From positions 967,615 to 1,031,614 of the forward strand of contig CAWBLV010000006.1 of the NCBI GenBank assembly GCA_963789735.1: a stretch of 64,000 nt of DNA, given 5' to 3'. The notes below the pieces were generated by a model, which was given only the letters and a program-made list of their open reading frames with translations, did no database searches and was not told the DNA's origin. Made by a program: the position numbers and the translations under genes. Source of the stretch: Candidatus Dormiibacterota bacterium. Lineage in GTDB: Bacteria; Chloroflexota; Dormibacteria; Aeolococcales; Aeolococcaceae. Below, in pieces: positions 19,890 to 34,098 of this stretch (position 1 is the first letter of the stretch; each line of letters opens with the position of its first letter).

Positions 19890-20549
19890 CTAACCGCGAG
19901 CTGCCGAGATCAACGTCGCGAACTCACGGTTCCCGGTCGTCGTCCACATCTCGCGCACCGGTGCCGGAACATGCTTGAGCGTCGTCGCAACCTGTGCGTC
20001 GGTCATCTGCTCAAACAGCAGGCCGAGCACAAGCCAGATCTTGTCGCCGGTGAAGTGACTCATCGCCCATCCCGGGAGTGCGCCCCACTCGTCCTGTGAA
20101 ACCGTGACGGCGGCGAGAGGGAGAATCTCGCGCTCTTCCTCGACGAGATGCGCGTCGAGCTCGACAGCGAGCCTGCGGATCGCGGTCACCAGCGACGTCG
20201 CAGTCGCCGCAGTCGGTGCTGTGCTGTATGCAGCGAGCTTGCGCAACGCCGTCGTGATGACTTCATCGACCGCCGCGTGCTGCGCATCCATCCGGTCCAG
20301 CAGCGCCGCCTGCTCGGGCGCGCGCTCGCGAAGCAACGGCCAGAGCATCGCGTCCTCGGCGCCGTGGTGGGCGTGGAGAAACGCAAGCACGTTCTCGTAG
20401 AACGTGACAACGACTGCGGCGCGTTGCTCGTCCGCAGATGCACCTGTGTCGACGAGGTCTCCCGCGCGGCCGAATGCGTCGCGGAACATCCCGTGCGGGA
20501 TGAACATGTCCGACGTGTCGCAGGTCCTGGTGAGTGTTTCCTGGCTCAT
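19890..20549 (-). CDS. Hemerythrin-like (HHE) domain protein
   Basis: H..FR, LHAHHGAED, DAQH, HLVEEE metal ligands; start ATG 20549. Confidence 0.85.
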   Translation of the reverse strand: MSQETLTRTCDTSDMFIPHGMFRDAFGRAGDLVDTGASADEQRAAVVVTFYENVLAFLHAHHGAEDAMLWPLLRERAPEQAALLDRMDAQHAAVDEVITTALRKLAAYSTAPTAATATSLVTAIRRLAVELDAHLVEEEREILPLAAVTVSQDEWGALPGWAMSHFTGDKIWLVLGLLFEQMTDAQVATTLKHVPAPVREMWTTTGNREFATLISAARG

Positions 20550-20676
20550 GACGGTTCTCCGTGGTGCCGGCTGACGTGCATGGCACGACCATCGCGCGCC
20601 ACCAGCGCCCCCGCCGTCCCCTGAACCGGCCATCTTTCCGAACGAGGAACGATGACCCGATCGGGCCATTGACCGA

Positions 20677-22287
20677 TCAGAGGATGCCGATGCGTGTCGC
20701 TTCGGCCGCCGCCGCGGCGCGGGTGGGGACGTCGAGCTTGCGCAACACCGCCGCCACGTGGCGGTGAACGGTGTGCGGGCTCAACGTCAGGTCCTCGGCG
20801 ATCGCGGCATTGCTCATCCCGGCAGCGACGAGGCGGAGCACCTCGGTCTCGCGTGCGGTCAATCCCGCGACACGCACCGGCGCGCCCATATCGCCGAGCA
20901 ATGTGCGCGCCGCCTCGAGCGCGGCAGCCGACTCGTCCGTCCGCCCCGCAGCACGCAGCACTGTGGCTTCGTGACGTCGAGCCTGCGCCGCATCGAAGCA
21001 CGTCCCCGCATTCGCGAAGAGACGCGCCGCTTCGCGATCGGCAGCGACTGCCTCGTCGACCTCGCCATCCAGCGCGAGGACGGCAGCGCGCGACAGCGCC
21101 AGCCAGGCGCGAACCGGCGGAGTCGCGATCCGTGCAGCGATCGGTTCCAGTTCTGCGAGCGCATCGTGTGCAGTCGCGATGTCGCCGGCAGCCGCGGCGG
21201 CGCGAACCGTGAGTTGATGCGAGACCACGCTCCGCGTGTCGCGCTCACCGCGCATCATCACCGCGAGCTCGTTCGCCAGACGCAGCGCAGCCACGGCGTC
21301 CCCGGCGTCGAGCGCCATCTCGGCACGCAGGCGCACGGCATCAGCCGTGTCGCCGCACTCGCGAAGCAGGCGGACAGCCGATGTCGCGTCGCCGCGGCGG
21401 CGTTGCAGGTCAGCGAGCTTGACGAGCGCGTTACCGCGAATCAATCGATGTCCCTGTCGCCAGTGCCCCGTGTCGAACATGTCGAGCGCATCGCGAAGTC
21501 GCGCTTCGCCTTCGCGGCTACGGCCCAGGACACCGAGGATCCAGCCATACGTCGCCAGGCAATTCGCCTTGAGGAAGCCACTGGGCCGGTCGGTCTCGAC
21601 GGCGAGGCCGGCGCGACACCACTCCTCGGCGCGGGCGTAGTCGTGCGCGGATTCGCAGGCGGCGAGCGTCACACAGAAGCAGTCGCTCATCACGAGCGGC
21701 GCGGTGATATCCCCGGCCGCGACACCGCCCATGGCGCTGTCGATGAGTCGCATCCCAGCGTCGACATCGCCGAGGATGACAAGCGCGAATCCACGCTCTG
21801 CGATTGCGCTGAGCTCGAGGTCGCGGTCGTCGTGACGGCGAGCGATCGCCTCGGCTTCGAGTGCCGCATCGGCGAGGCGCTCGTAGTCGCCCTCGAACGC
21901 CGCGCGGTAGAGGAGCAGCCAGCCGTGCTCTGGGCATTCGGGGAGGTCTTCGAGGAGGCGGGCGGCACGTCCGAACCACCCGCCGGCCACGGCGCGATCG
22001 CCATACGTGAACGCTTCCTCGAAGCCGGTCCAGCAGGCGACCCAGGCCGCGCGGCGCGGCGAACCGGTGTCGACAAGGCGGCGATACGCCAGCTTCATCT
22101 CATCGATCGCGGCTGAGGTGTCGTAGCCGCACCAGAGCGCGGTGGCGAGGATGACGTGTGCCTCGCCGTCATCGGTGGCGGCGATGCTCGCGCGGGCGTA
22201 TTCGGCTGCATCGCGCCAGCGACCATCCGTCAGAGCCGTTTCGGCGTCCCTGATGCTCGTGAGCGTCTTGCCTTCCCCCGACGACAT
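20677..22287 (-). CDS. LuxR-family regulator with TPR-like helical region
   Basis: C-terminal LTARETEVLRLVAAGMSNAAIAEDLTLSPHTVHRHV..KL. Confidence 0.88.
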   Translation of the reverse strand: MSSGEGKTLTSIRDAETALTDGRWRDAAEYARASIAATDDGEAHVILATALWCGYDTSAAIDEMKLAYRRLVDTGSPRRAAWVACWTGFEEAFTYGDRAVAGGWFGRAARLLEDLPECPEHGWLLLYRAAFEGDYERLADAALEAEAIARRHDDRDLELSAIAERGFALVILGDVDAGMRLIDSAMGGVAAGDITAPLVMSDCFCVTLAACESAHDYARAEEWCRAGLAVETDRPSGFLKANCLATYGWILGVLGRSREGEARLRDALDMFDTGHWRQGHRLIRGNALVKLADLQRRRGDATSAVRLLRECGDTADAVRLRAEMALDAGDAVAALRLANELAVMMRGERDTRSVVSHQLTVRAAAAAGDIATAHDALAELEPIAARIATPPVRAWLALSRAAVLALDGEVDEAVAADREAARLFANAGTCFDAAQARRHEATVLRAAGRTDESAAALEAARTLLGDMGAPVRVAGLTARETEVLRLVAAGMSNAAIAEDLTLSPHTVHRHVAAVLRKLDVPTRAAAAAEATRIGIL

Positions 22288-22387
22288 CTGATGATCTTGC
22301 GTGATTTCTCGGTGGAATTCAGGCGGTCAGTGAGCATTTGCGCACGGGCTTGATATTTGCTCACTCCGGCCGCTAAGGTGCCGGGAG

Positions 22388-23333
22388 ATGCCGCTCGTCC
22401 CGCTGCAGCAACTGTCGAGCCGCGCCCGATCCGGCGGGTACGCGCTCGGGTACTTCGAGGCGTGGGATGCGCCTTCACTTGAAGCCGTCCTCACCGCCGC
22501 CGAGGAGGAAGTCGGCGCCGGTGATCCTTGGGTTCGGCGCAATGATGGTGGACGGGAAGTGGCTCGACAGTGGTGGCGTCGAACTCCTCGGAGCGATTGG
22601 ACGGAGCTACGCCGCTCGCAGCACCGTGGACGTCGCCCTGATCTTCAACGAAGCCCACACCCTCGACCAGGCCCTGCGTGCCATCGATGCCGGATTCAAC
22701 ACGGTGATGATCGACACGCACTCCTGGCCGATCGAGGCGGCCATCGCTGCGGTGAGCGAGCTCTGCCGCGTGGCGCACCAATCGGGCGTCGCTGTTGAGG
22801 GGGAGCTTGGCAGTCCCGCGGAAGCTACTGCCTCAGGCGTGGATCACAGTCACGCCACGCTCACGGATCCCGACGAAGCTGCGCGCTTCGTTGAGGCGAC
22901 CGGCATCGACTGCCTGGCAGTTTCAGTCGGGAATGTCCACATCATGATGGGCGCTGAGTCGGCGATCGACATGGGGCGTCTGCGATCGATCCACGAGCGA
23001 GTGCACGTGCCGCTCGTCATCCACGGAGGAACGAGCTTTCCCGCGGCCGCCGTTGCGCCGGCGATCGCGCTTGGGGTCGCGAAGTTCAACGTCGGTACTG
23101 TGCTCAAGCACGCCTTCTGGGGCGGCCTCGAAGCCGACGTCCACTCCGCGGGCACACCGCCCGATGTGCACCAGTTGCTCGGATCGCACAAGGACACAGA
23201 TGTCATGCATCTCGCCCAGGCGCGGATGACCGCCAAGGTACGCACGTTGATCAAGCAGTACGGGGGAAGCGGACGCTCGGTGGTCGCGACGGAGGCTGAG
23301 CGCCGAATGAGCGCCAACGCCGGGAGCAGCTGA
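22388..23333 (+). CDS. Class II fructose/tagatose-bisphosphate aldolase family (frameshift near 22510)
   Basis: GYALGYFE, GFNTVMID, VAVEGELG, TDPDEAARFV..TGIDCLAVSVGNVH, PLVIHGG. The usual HLDH motif reads IFNEAH. Confidence 0.85.
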
Positions 23334-23334
23334 C

Positions 23335-24337
23335 TTGGGCTCCGCCAGCATCGCGGAAGAGGTCGACGCTGAACACGAGCTCGACCTCTACCGCCGCATG
23401 CAGCTGATCCGTCGCTTCGAGGAGCGCGTCTATCTCGTCTACCTGCAGGGCGAGATCCCGGGAACGCTGCACCAGAGCCAGGGCCAGGAGGCTGTCGCGG
23501 TTGGCGTCTGCGACGTCCTGCGACCCGACGGACTGGATCACCTCCACGCATCGACCCCACGGTCACGCACTGGCCAAGGGCGTCGACGTCCGCGCGGCGA
23601 TGGCCGAGCTGTACGGCAAGGCGACCGGCTGCTGCGGCGGCAAGGGCGGCTCGATGCATCTCGGCGATCCGTCGGTTGGCATGCTCCCGGCGATCGCGAT
23701 TGTCGGCGGAGGCAACACGGTGGTCACCGGCCTCGGGCTCGCATTCAAGCTGATGCGCACGGACCAGGTCGCCGTGTGTTTCTTCGGTGAAGGCGCGACC
23801 AACGAGGGCGCGTTTCACGAGGGCCTGAACTTCGCGGCGGTGCAGCACCTCCCGATCGTCTTCGCCTGCGAAAACAACCTGTACGGCGCATCGACGCCGT
23901 TTCACCAGGTCAGCCTCGTCACCGACGTCGCGACGCGCGCTGCTGCGTACGGAGTGCGCGGAGAGATCGTCGATGGGATGGACGTGCTCGCCGTGCGCGA
24001 GGCGGCTGTGCGTGCCGTCGCCGACGCGCGCAGTGGAGCGGGCCCCGTGCTGCTCGAGTTCAAGACCTATCGATTCGCCGGCCACAGCCGCGGCGACGTG
24101 CGCGGCTATCGCAGCCGCGAGGAGGAGGCCGAATGGAAGGCGCGGGATCCGATCGTTCGTCTCCGCGAGCGCCTCGCGTCGACGTTCGGTGACGAGGTTC
24201 TCGATGAAACGGACGCGGAGGTCGAGGCGACGCTTGACGACGCCATCGAGTTCGCTCGGAACTCGCCGCTCCCGCGCGCGGAGGACGCGTTGACCGACGC
24301 GTACGCGACCGTGATCGGCACGGAGGCAACGCCGTGA
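23335..24337 (+). CDS. TPP-dependent dehydrogenase E1 alpha (PDH/acetoin DH-like; frameshift near 23527)
   Basis: IRRFEE..GTLH.S.GQEAVA; THRPHGH, GKGGSMH, FFGEGATNEGAFHEGLN, ENNLYG, TYRFAGHS. Confidence 0.9.
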
Positions 24338-25380
24338 ACGTCGCTGCCGCGCCAGCAACGACCGAACGCCGCCTCACGATTGCCGAGGCGTTGCGCGAAG
24401 CAATCGCCGAGGAGATGCGCAACGACGAGAAGGTGTTCCTCATCGGCGAGGACGTCGGCATTCCCGGAGGCTTCGGCGGTGCGTTCGGTGTGTACCTCGG
24501 CCTGCCCGAGGAATTCGGCCACGACCGCATCATCGACACGCCGATCAGCGAGAAGGCGATCGCCGGCGCCGCGGTCGGCGCCGCGCTGATGGGGATGCGA
24601 CCGATTGCGGACCTGCAGTACGCGGACTTCCTCTTCGAGTGCATGGACGAGCTCGTCAACCAGGCCGCGAAGATGCGCTACATGTCCAACGGGAAGTTGA
24701 GCGTCCCGATGGTGATGCGCTGTCCGGTCGGCACGGCGAATCGCGGGGCGCAGCATGGACAGTGCCCGGAGAGCTACTTCATCCACGTGCCCGGCCTGAA
24801 AGTCGTCTGCGTTTCCGACGCATATCACGCCAAGGGGCTGCTGAAGAGCGCGGTGCGCGACAACGACCCCGTGCTCTTCTTCGAGCACAAGTTGCTCTAC
24901 GGCAGCAAGGGGCGCGAGCAGGCCGGCGGCATGGACCTCACCGCGCACGTGCCCGAGGAGGAGTACTTCTTCCCGATTGGCAAGGCGGTGGTGAAGCGCG
25001 AGGGCACGTCGGTCACCGTGGTGGCGACGCACATGAGCCTGTACCGCTCGCTCGCGGCCGCCGAGGAGCTGGCGCAGGACGGCATCGACTGCGAGGTGAT
25101 CGATCCGCTGACGCTGCTCCCGTTCGACGAGGAGACGATCTTCGCGTCGGTGCGGAAGACCGGGCGTCTCGTGATTGCGCACGAGGACACGCTCACCGGA
25201 GGATGGGGCGCCGAGCTTGCAGCGCGCGTCGCGGAGGAGTGCCTCTTCTCGCTGGAAGCGCCGATCCGGCGAGTCGCCAGCCACGACGTCCCGATGCCGG
25301 TCGCGCCGGTGATGGAGCAGACGGTGGTGCCATCCGTGGCGAGGATCAAGGCCGCCATCCAGCGTTGCTGCGAAGGCTGA
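24334..25380 (+). CDS. TPP-dependent dehydrogenase E1 beta
   Basis: GEDVG..GG.FG, DTPISE, NQAAKMRYMSNG, AQHGQCPE, FFEHKLLY, KTGRLVIAHE. Confidence 0.93.
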   Translation: MNVAAAPATTERRLTIAEALREAIAEEMRNDEKVFLIGEDVGIPGGFGGAFGVYLGLPEEFGHDRIIDTPISEKAIAGAAVGAALMGMRPIADLQYADFLFECMDELVNQAAKMRYMSNGKLSVPMVMRCPVGTANRGAQHGQCPESYFIHVPGLKVVCVSDAYHAKGLLKSAVRDNDPVLFFEHKLLYGSKGREQAGGMDLTAHVPEEEYFFPIGKAVVKREGTSVTVVATHMSLYRSLAAAEELAQDGIDCEVIDPLTLLPFDEETIFASVRKTGRLVIAHEDTLTGGWGAELAARVAEECLFSLEAPIRRVASHDVPMPVAPVMEQTVVPSVARIKAAIQRCCEG

Positions 25381-25388
25381 TCAGCACT

Positions 25389-25898
25389 GTGCAACGCATC
25401 GACATGCCGTCCGTTGGTCAGACGACGGATGAGTTGGTGATCGTCGAATGGCTCAAGAAGGAAGGCGACACGGTCGCGCTCGGTGAGTCGCTCTTCAGCG
25501 TCCAGACCGACAAGGCTCAGGTCGAGGTGGAGTCCATCGCCGCCGGGACGCTGCTCAAAGTCCTGCGCGACGCAGGGGAGACAGTGCGATCCGGTTCGCC
25601 CGTGGCGTACATCGGCGCTCCCGGTGAGGCCGTGCCGGACGTCAGCGAAGCGAGCGTTGTCATCCCGGCCGTGTCCTCGTCGGCGGAGAGCACGTCGCCG
25701 GCGCCTGTCACGCGTTCCGAGCCCGAGCGCCGCGCGCCAGAGAGAACGGCCGGGAGGATTGCGGCGCTGCCAGCTGCGCGGCGCTTGGCGAGCGCACTTG
25801 GCATCGATCTGACCACGCTCGCGGGTACGGGGCAGGACGGTGTCATCACCGTTCGCGACGTCGAGCGCGCGAGCGAAGGCGCGGGCGACGCGAAGTGA
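25389..25898 (+). CDS. Lipoyl domain + E3/E1-binding domain protein (E2-like, no acyltransferase domain)
   Basis: MPSVG..EWLKKEGDTV..VQTDKAQVEVES (lipoyl Lys); ALPAARRLA..GIDL..GTGQDG.IT..DVE; stop at 25898. Confidence 0.85.
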   Translation: MQRIDMPSVGQTTDELVIVEWLKKEGDTVALGESLFSVQTDKAQVEVESIAAGTLLKVLRDAGETVRSGSPVAYIGAPGEAVPDVSEASVVIPAVSSSAESTSPAPVTRSEPERRAPERTAGRIAALPAARRLASALGIDLTTLAGTGQDGVITVRDVERASEGAGDAK

Positions 25899-27885
25899 CC
25901 ACCACAGCAGCGGTTGCTAGTCGCTGGAGCGACGACGAAGCAGCCGCGATGCAAGACCGAGCTGGAACTCCGTGCGTACACGTCGCGACTCCTTGGCCAG
26001 GATTCTCGAACTCGTCCTCCACGGCGGTGGCAACACGTCGGTGAAGCTCACCGAAACGAACATCTTTGGTGAGACCGAGGACATCCTCTGGGTCAAGGGC
26101 AGCGGCTGGGATATGGCCAGCATCAAGCCGGCTGGATTTGCGCCCGTTCGGATGCGACATCTCCAGGCGCTCGCCAAGCTCCCCGCGCTCTCCGACACGG
26201 ACATGGCACGAGAGTTCCGCGTCGCAACGATCGACCCGGCGGCGCCGTCACCATCGGTCGAAGCGATCCTCCATGCGATCGTCCCGTTCAAGTGGGTCGA
26301 CCACACGCACGCGGACGCGGTCATCACGCTCACCAACTCGGTGCACGGCGCCGAATTGATCGAGAAGGTCTACGGCGATCGTCTCCTCCGCATCCCGTAC
26401 GTGATGCCCGGATTCAAGCTGGCCCACCTGTGCGCCGACCTGTATCCCCGCGAGCACGGCCCGCAGACGATCGGCATGGTGCTGATGAACCACGGCATCT
26501 TCACGTGGGGTGACACCGCTCGCGAGTCGTACGAGCGAATGATCGAGATGGTCGCGCTGGCCGAGGCGTACATCCGGGAGCACGTCCCGAATCGGCTCGT
26601 CGCGTCCGTGCCGGCAACGAGCGCTTATTCGTCCGTGGACGTTGCCGGCCTTCGGCGAGAACTTTCCGACGTTGCCGGAGCCCCGATGGTGCTTCAGGTG
26701 GACGATGGACCTGACGCAGTGTCCTTTGCGAATCGCGCGGATGTGGCGACGATCGCGCAGCAAGGCCCGGCCACTCCCGACCACGTGATCCGCACCAAGC
26801 GCCTGCCGATGCTCGGACGCGACGTCGCAACGTACGCACGCAGTTACGAGCAGTACTTCGCGGAACACGCCGGCAAATCTGTCGCGCCGTTGCAGATGCT
26901 CGATGCGGCTCCGCGGGTCGTCATCGACCCGCAGATGGGAGTGGTTTCGGCGGGCCGCTCCGCCGCCGACGCATCAATCGCCGCCGACATCTACCGGCAC
27001 ACCATCGAAATCATCCTCGACGCCACCGAACTCGGTGGCTACCGTGCCCTCTCAGCCGAGGACATCTTCGACGTCGAGTACTGGGATCTCGAGCAAGCCA
27101 AGCTCGGGAAGGGAACGCGCCCGCAGTTCACTGGCGAGGTCGCGCTGGTCACCGGAGCAGCTTCAGGCATCGGCCGCGCGTGCGCGGAACTCCTGCTGCA
27201 GCAAGGCGCGGCCGTCGTTGGCCTCGATCTCAACCCGGACATCGCAGAAACAGCATCCGGACCGGCGTGGCTCGGCGTCCAGTGCGACGTGACGGCTCCG
27301 GACGCAGGTCGACCGCAGCGATCGAGGCCGGCGTGAAGCGCTTCGGCGGCATCGACATCGCTGTCCTGAACGCCGGCATCTTCCCGCCCAGCCAGCGCCT
27401 CGATGCCTTTGATCTGGAAGCGTGGCGTCGAGTGATGAACATCAATCTCGACGCATCGGTCGCCCTCCTGCATCACCTGCACCCGCTCCTGCGGCTGGCA
27501 CCGCGTGGCGGCAGAGTCGTCGTGATCGGCTCGAAAAACGTCGCAGCCCCTGGTCCCGGCGCGGCTGCATACTCGGCCTCCAAAGCTGCGCTCACCCAGG
27601 TGGCGCGCGTGGCAGCACTCGAGTGGGGCGCGGACGGCATCAGGGTCAACGTGATCCATCCCAATGCCGTCTTCGACACTGCGCTGTGGACAGACGAGAT
27701 CGTCGAAGCGCGTGCAGCGTCAGTACGGCCTGAGTGTCGCGGAATACCGAGCCAACAACGTGCTGCGAGTGGAGGTCAAGAGTCACGACGTTGCGCAGAT
27801 GTGCGTGGCGATGTGCGGACCGGCCTTCGCTGCGACGACAGGTGCGCAGGTCCCGGTCGACGGCGGCAACGAGCGGGTTATCTAG
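25895..27885 (+). CDS. Bifunctional class II aldolase / short-chain dehydrogenase (RhaD-like; several frameshifts)
   Basis: LVLHGGGNTSVK, VKGSGWD, PSVE..LH, HTHADA, TPDHVIRTK, EYWDLEQAKL, VTGAASGIG, YSASKAA, RVNVIHP, VPVDGGNERVI. Confidence 0.9.
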
Positions 27886-30378
<2,493 letters not shown>

Positions 30379-30423
30379 TTCAGCACGCGACCTGGGCAGT
30401 ATCTGTGATACGCGATCTCCACC

Positions 30424-31139
30424 CTACGAAGTCGCGACGACTCTATATTGTCCCCGTGCGAGCTCTGGGTCTTCTAGATATGAGTTGATGAGCAAGCCCG
30501 CTTCCCTCGCGTCACGGAGCAAATTCGGGAGGTTCCTTGCCCGCGTTACGTGCCGTAGCTGCTCCTCTGTAAGTTTCTGCCCGGCGTGCTCACGGAAGAA
30601 AAGGATGAGCTTCTCTTTTGGTGGAATGTTCAATCTTCGGATCGTATCTGCACGGTTCCATTGGTCCGAAGTCGCGTATCGGGCGCTATCGAGACAAGCA
30701 AATATTCACCCGGTTTAAGGTCTCTCCTCGTCTCGTCGCTACCTATGTCGTAGCCCTCGGCCCGGAGCTCGCGCACGCGACGCGCCCACTCGCCGATACC
30801 TGCCACGGCGCCAAGCTGCTTCCCGCTTAGCGGATGCCCGAGGTGAAACTGGAAAAGAGCGAGAATGCGACCCTTGCCGCCGCGCGGAAGTCCGGTTGCC
30901 GCCGAAATGCGATTTAGAGACTTGCGGAGCGCCTCAAACTCAGCCCCGAGGTCAGCCAACGCCTCCAACCAGCTGCGCTGAACCTCCTCGCGGCTTGTCT
31001 GGTCCACGAGACAAGCGAGAGCCGAATCGACCGCCTGGGTGTATTCGCTAAGGCGCTTTTGGGCCTCGGCAACCGCGGGCCGAAGGACAACCGGCAAAGG
31101 AAGAAGTCCTTCCGGTACGGCGGCGCCTCTAATCGACAT
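30424..31139 (-). CDS. Tandem winged-helix-like protein (probably one gene with a frameshift near 30675)
   Basis: Repeat 1 RILALF..HLG..LSG.QL..V..EWARRVRELR..G..L.PGEYLL; the frame upstream of the 69-aa ORF reads DQWNRADTIRRLNIPPKEKLILFF (repeat 2). Confidence 0.65.
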
Positions 31140-34098
31140 CGACAGTCGGTGAGTCGATGGGCTTTCTCACACTGAACTGTACAAAGCCACGATATCGCGC
31201 GGCGATCTCCGCGGGCAGATACGAGGATAGTGTCAAGAGGAGCCCGAACTCCGATTTAGGCTGCGACCAGCCGCTCGGAGGGGTGTCGCCGTAAGGCGCG
31301 TTGTCCTCGTGGACGAGATACATGAGAATCGCCCCGCGGCCGTCAGATCGGAGTTCCGCTAGTCCTTCCGGCGCCGCAACGGATGCGTCTACGAACGCCT
31401 CGATCGCTGGTCGGTGCTTTGGGTCAGTTACTTCGCCGAAGAGGCCCCCGCGATCCGCTCGACGCGCGCGATGTGCCACCTTTAGAAGTCCGACGCCTTC
31501 GATGTCCTGCGGCTCTGTATCGGGTTGCGGAATCACGAGGAGTAAGTCCCTTAGCGAACCATCGGCCACACGTCGTCGGTAGTGCTCCAGCTTGGGTTTG
31601 ACGGTGGTCTCAAAGTAGCCATCGATGAAGTGCATTCCCTCCACCTGTGCGAGAAAAACGGTGGCATTCACGACGCCTACGATCGCGGGATATGACGGAG
31701 CGCCAGCCGAGGTCCCGACTGTCAGAGTGCCTCTCGTAGACGCGAGAATCTGACGCCACGAATCGAGGTCGTTCCATAGCTGGTCGGGAGCCGCACTATA
31801 ACCCGTGGGGGTAAAGGGTTGATCCTGTTGCTCTACGAGGATCGCGTTGAACTATCTTGTTCTTCGCCACGGGACGGAGCCATGGCAGATGCTGCGACAC
31901 GAGCGGAGGAAATCTCGACTCGGCAGCATCCGCGGCTTATCTCCGTCCCAACCAGCATATAGCCGCAGCTGACCACGGAAGGCCAACTCGTCAAGTGCTA
32001 CGCCTACGAAAGCGTCATAGAGGTCAATCTCCCGCCTGCCAAACTGGGCACGGCTTGCTATGTAAAGGCGGACGAGGTCCCGGAAGCCTTGCCGGAAACC
32101 GAACCACCGGCCCATCTGCATGAGAGTAGCGTTGATGTCTGTGGCGCGGCGGAAGTATGTGATCGTTAGGCCTTCAACCGTAAAACCGCGGCTCAGCTTA
32201 GCCCCGCCGACAAGGATCCGCCATGTACTGCGTTGGTCGAAGTCGAGCGCCTGCTGTTCGATATCCTTATCACTGTTCACGACAATCACAGGATTGCCGT
32301 CGTATTCAGCGATGCGACTAACCGCGGCAGCGATGTACGGCGCCAGTTCGGAAAACGCAGGAAGTGGTGGGACGCCTGCTTCCGGCCGCGCCGCGGACAC
32401 GCGCTGAATATCGGAGACATAGAGTTCTTCGAGGCGTCGCCGGCCAGGTGGCGTCGAGTAACCTGCTTGAGGCCAGATCTCGTTACGAATCACATCTGCC
32501 AGCTCGCGTTGTATGTCGCGTCGGACAGCTTGGTGCACAAGCATGGTGTGGTGGTGAAATGCCCCAGCGCCAGCCGCCCTCCGGTGAAGCTTCACGGCCC
32601 CTGTTAGCACGAAGGCGTCGATCGCCGTCCGTAGTTCCTGGATTTGGAGATCAACCTCATCGTCGCCTGCGAGGAGCTTGCGAACGTGCGCATCTTCGTT
32701 GGTGATGCCACCCTGCCTCGCACCAACCTGACCATCGCGGGATGGGAGATCTAGAAAGTCCTCAAGTCCCATATAGCCGGCGGGCTTTTGCAGTCCGATC
32801 AAAAAGTCGCGAGGAAATATCCCAAGCTCATCGTCGGGGTCGGCAAACACATTCGCGAACGGGGTCGCCGTATAGCCCACATACTGAGCCCGCGGCATGA
32901 GACTAAGCATGGCGGCTATCTGTTCGTTGATTGCCGTGCGCTTCGGGATTTCCTTGCCTTCTCGCTCGGCCCGTCGAACCCTCTCTGGATCCACGACATT
33001 GATGGAGGCTTCATCCAACTCATCATCGATTATCAGAACCGGAATCTCTGCAAAGGCACTCTTGTTTGCCTTGATGTTTCGCACGAGCTTGCGCAGGACC
33101 GCTGCGTTCTTCTTGACGACTGCGAGCCGCGCCCGCGCGCTGAATAGGTTGTCGGGATGGTACAGCGGTTTGCTCGATGCAAGCCGTTCCATCCTCAGGG
33201 TCATGAACTGACTGCCGAGGTGCGCATAATCTGCTTTGTGTTAAGTCAGGCGCTGAATCTCAGTGGGTATCGCTGACCCTCCTAAGTCCAGAAAGCGGCC
33301 CTCCAGCCAGTCAAGGTCGTCTTGATAGTCGTAGTGGTTTTTTCCGTCATCGGATGAATCCTCACCGCGGATGTTTTGCCGGCCGACCATCTCCATATCG
33401 AGCCTTCGCTGCGTCTGGCTACGGAGAAGCTCGATGGTGCCCGTCATGACGATGACAAGTCGGTAGCCAGCGTCGATCGCTTTGGAGATTACGCCAGTGA
33501 TGTTGGCAGTCTTGCCGCTCTGCACGAAGCCGACGACGAGACCCTTTGCCTGATATGCCGCCGGCCTAAGGGGGTCACACAGGCGTTCCACAACGTCTGT
33601 GGTGGCGCGGTCAAGGGCGACGACGTTGTCGGGGGCCCAGCCCTTCTGTAGGAGGAGGTAGTCGCGGTAGTGCGTCCAATAAAAGGCATGATTGCTGCGG
33701 CGTTCGGGGCTGTACCACCGCTCCCAGTCCTTCGTGATCACGATGGTCTCGTCGTGATATATGGGCCGCTTCTCGAGCAGGCAGGCCGCTCCAGCGGAAT
33801 CCAACCCCAGTCGCTCGCAAATGATGTCTCGTCGTTGCTCGGTGGAGGGCGACGTGTCCCCTGCCCAATCGGCGGCGCCATTGGCAGCGTCCCACTTGTG
33901 AACCATCATCCCGAGAGCAGCCAGAAAGGGATTCGACGCGCCTGCCGCAAGGAGCAGACTGGACAAGTCTGATGAGGCCAGATCCTCGTTGCGATCCTTG
34001 GCATCCGGCAGTGCACGCGCCACGAGGTTGCGCGGTGCGCCCTCACCCAAACTCCTCAATGCGTTGATGAACGCGTTCTCTTTCCAGTCTTCGTTCAC
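31129..34098 (-). CDS. Z1-domain protein with SF2-like N-terminal module (frameshifts near 33240 and 31900, further break near 31800)
   Basis: GLVVGFVQSGKTAN, DAGYRLVIVMTG..LRSQTQRRL, LIIDDE.D.AS, YVGYTATPFAN, LSRGFTVEGLTITYF.R, LMQMGRWFGFR. Confidence 0.85.

Noticed and set aside
24639-25388. Long N-terminal extension of the lipoyl protein
   Set aside because: Shadow frame of E1 beta; homology starts at about 25389.
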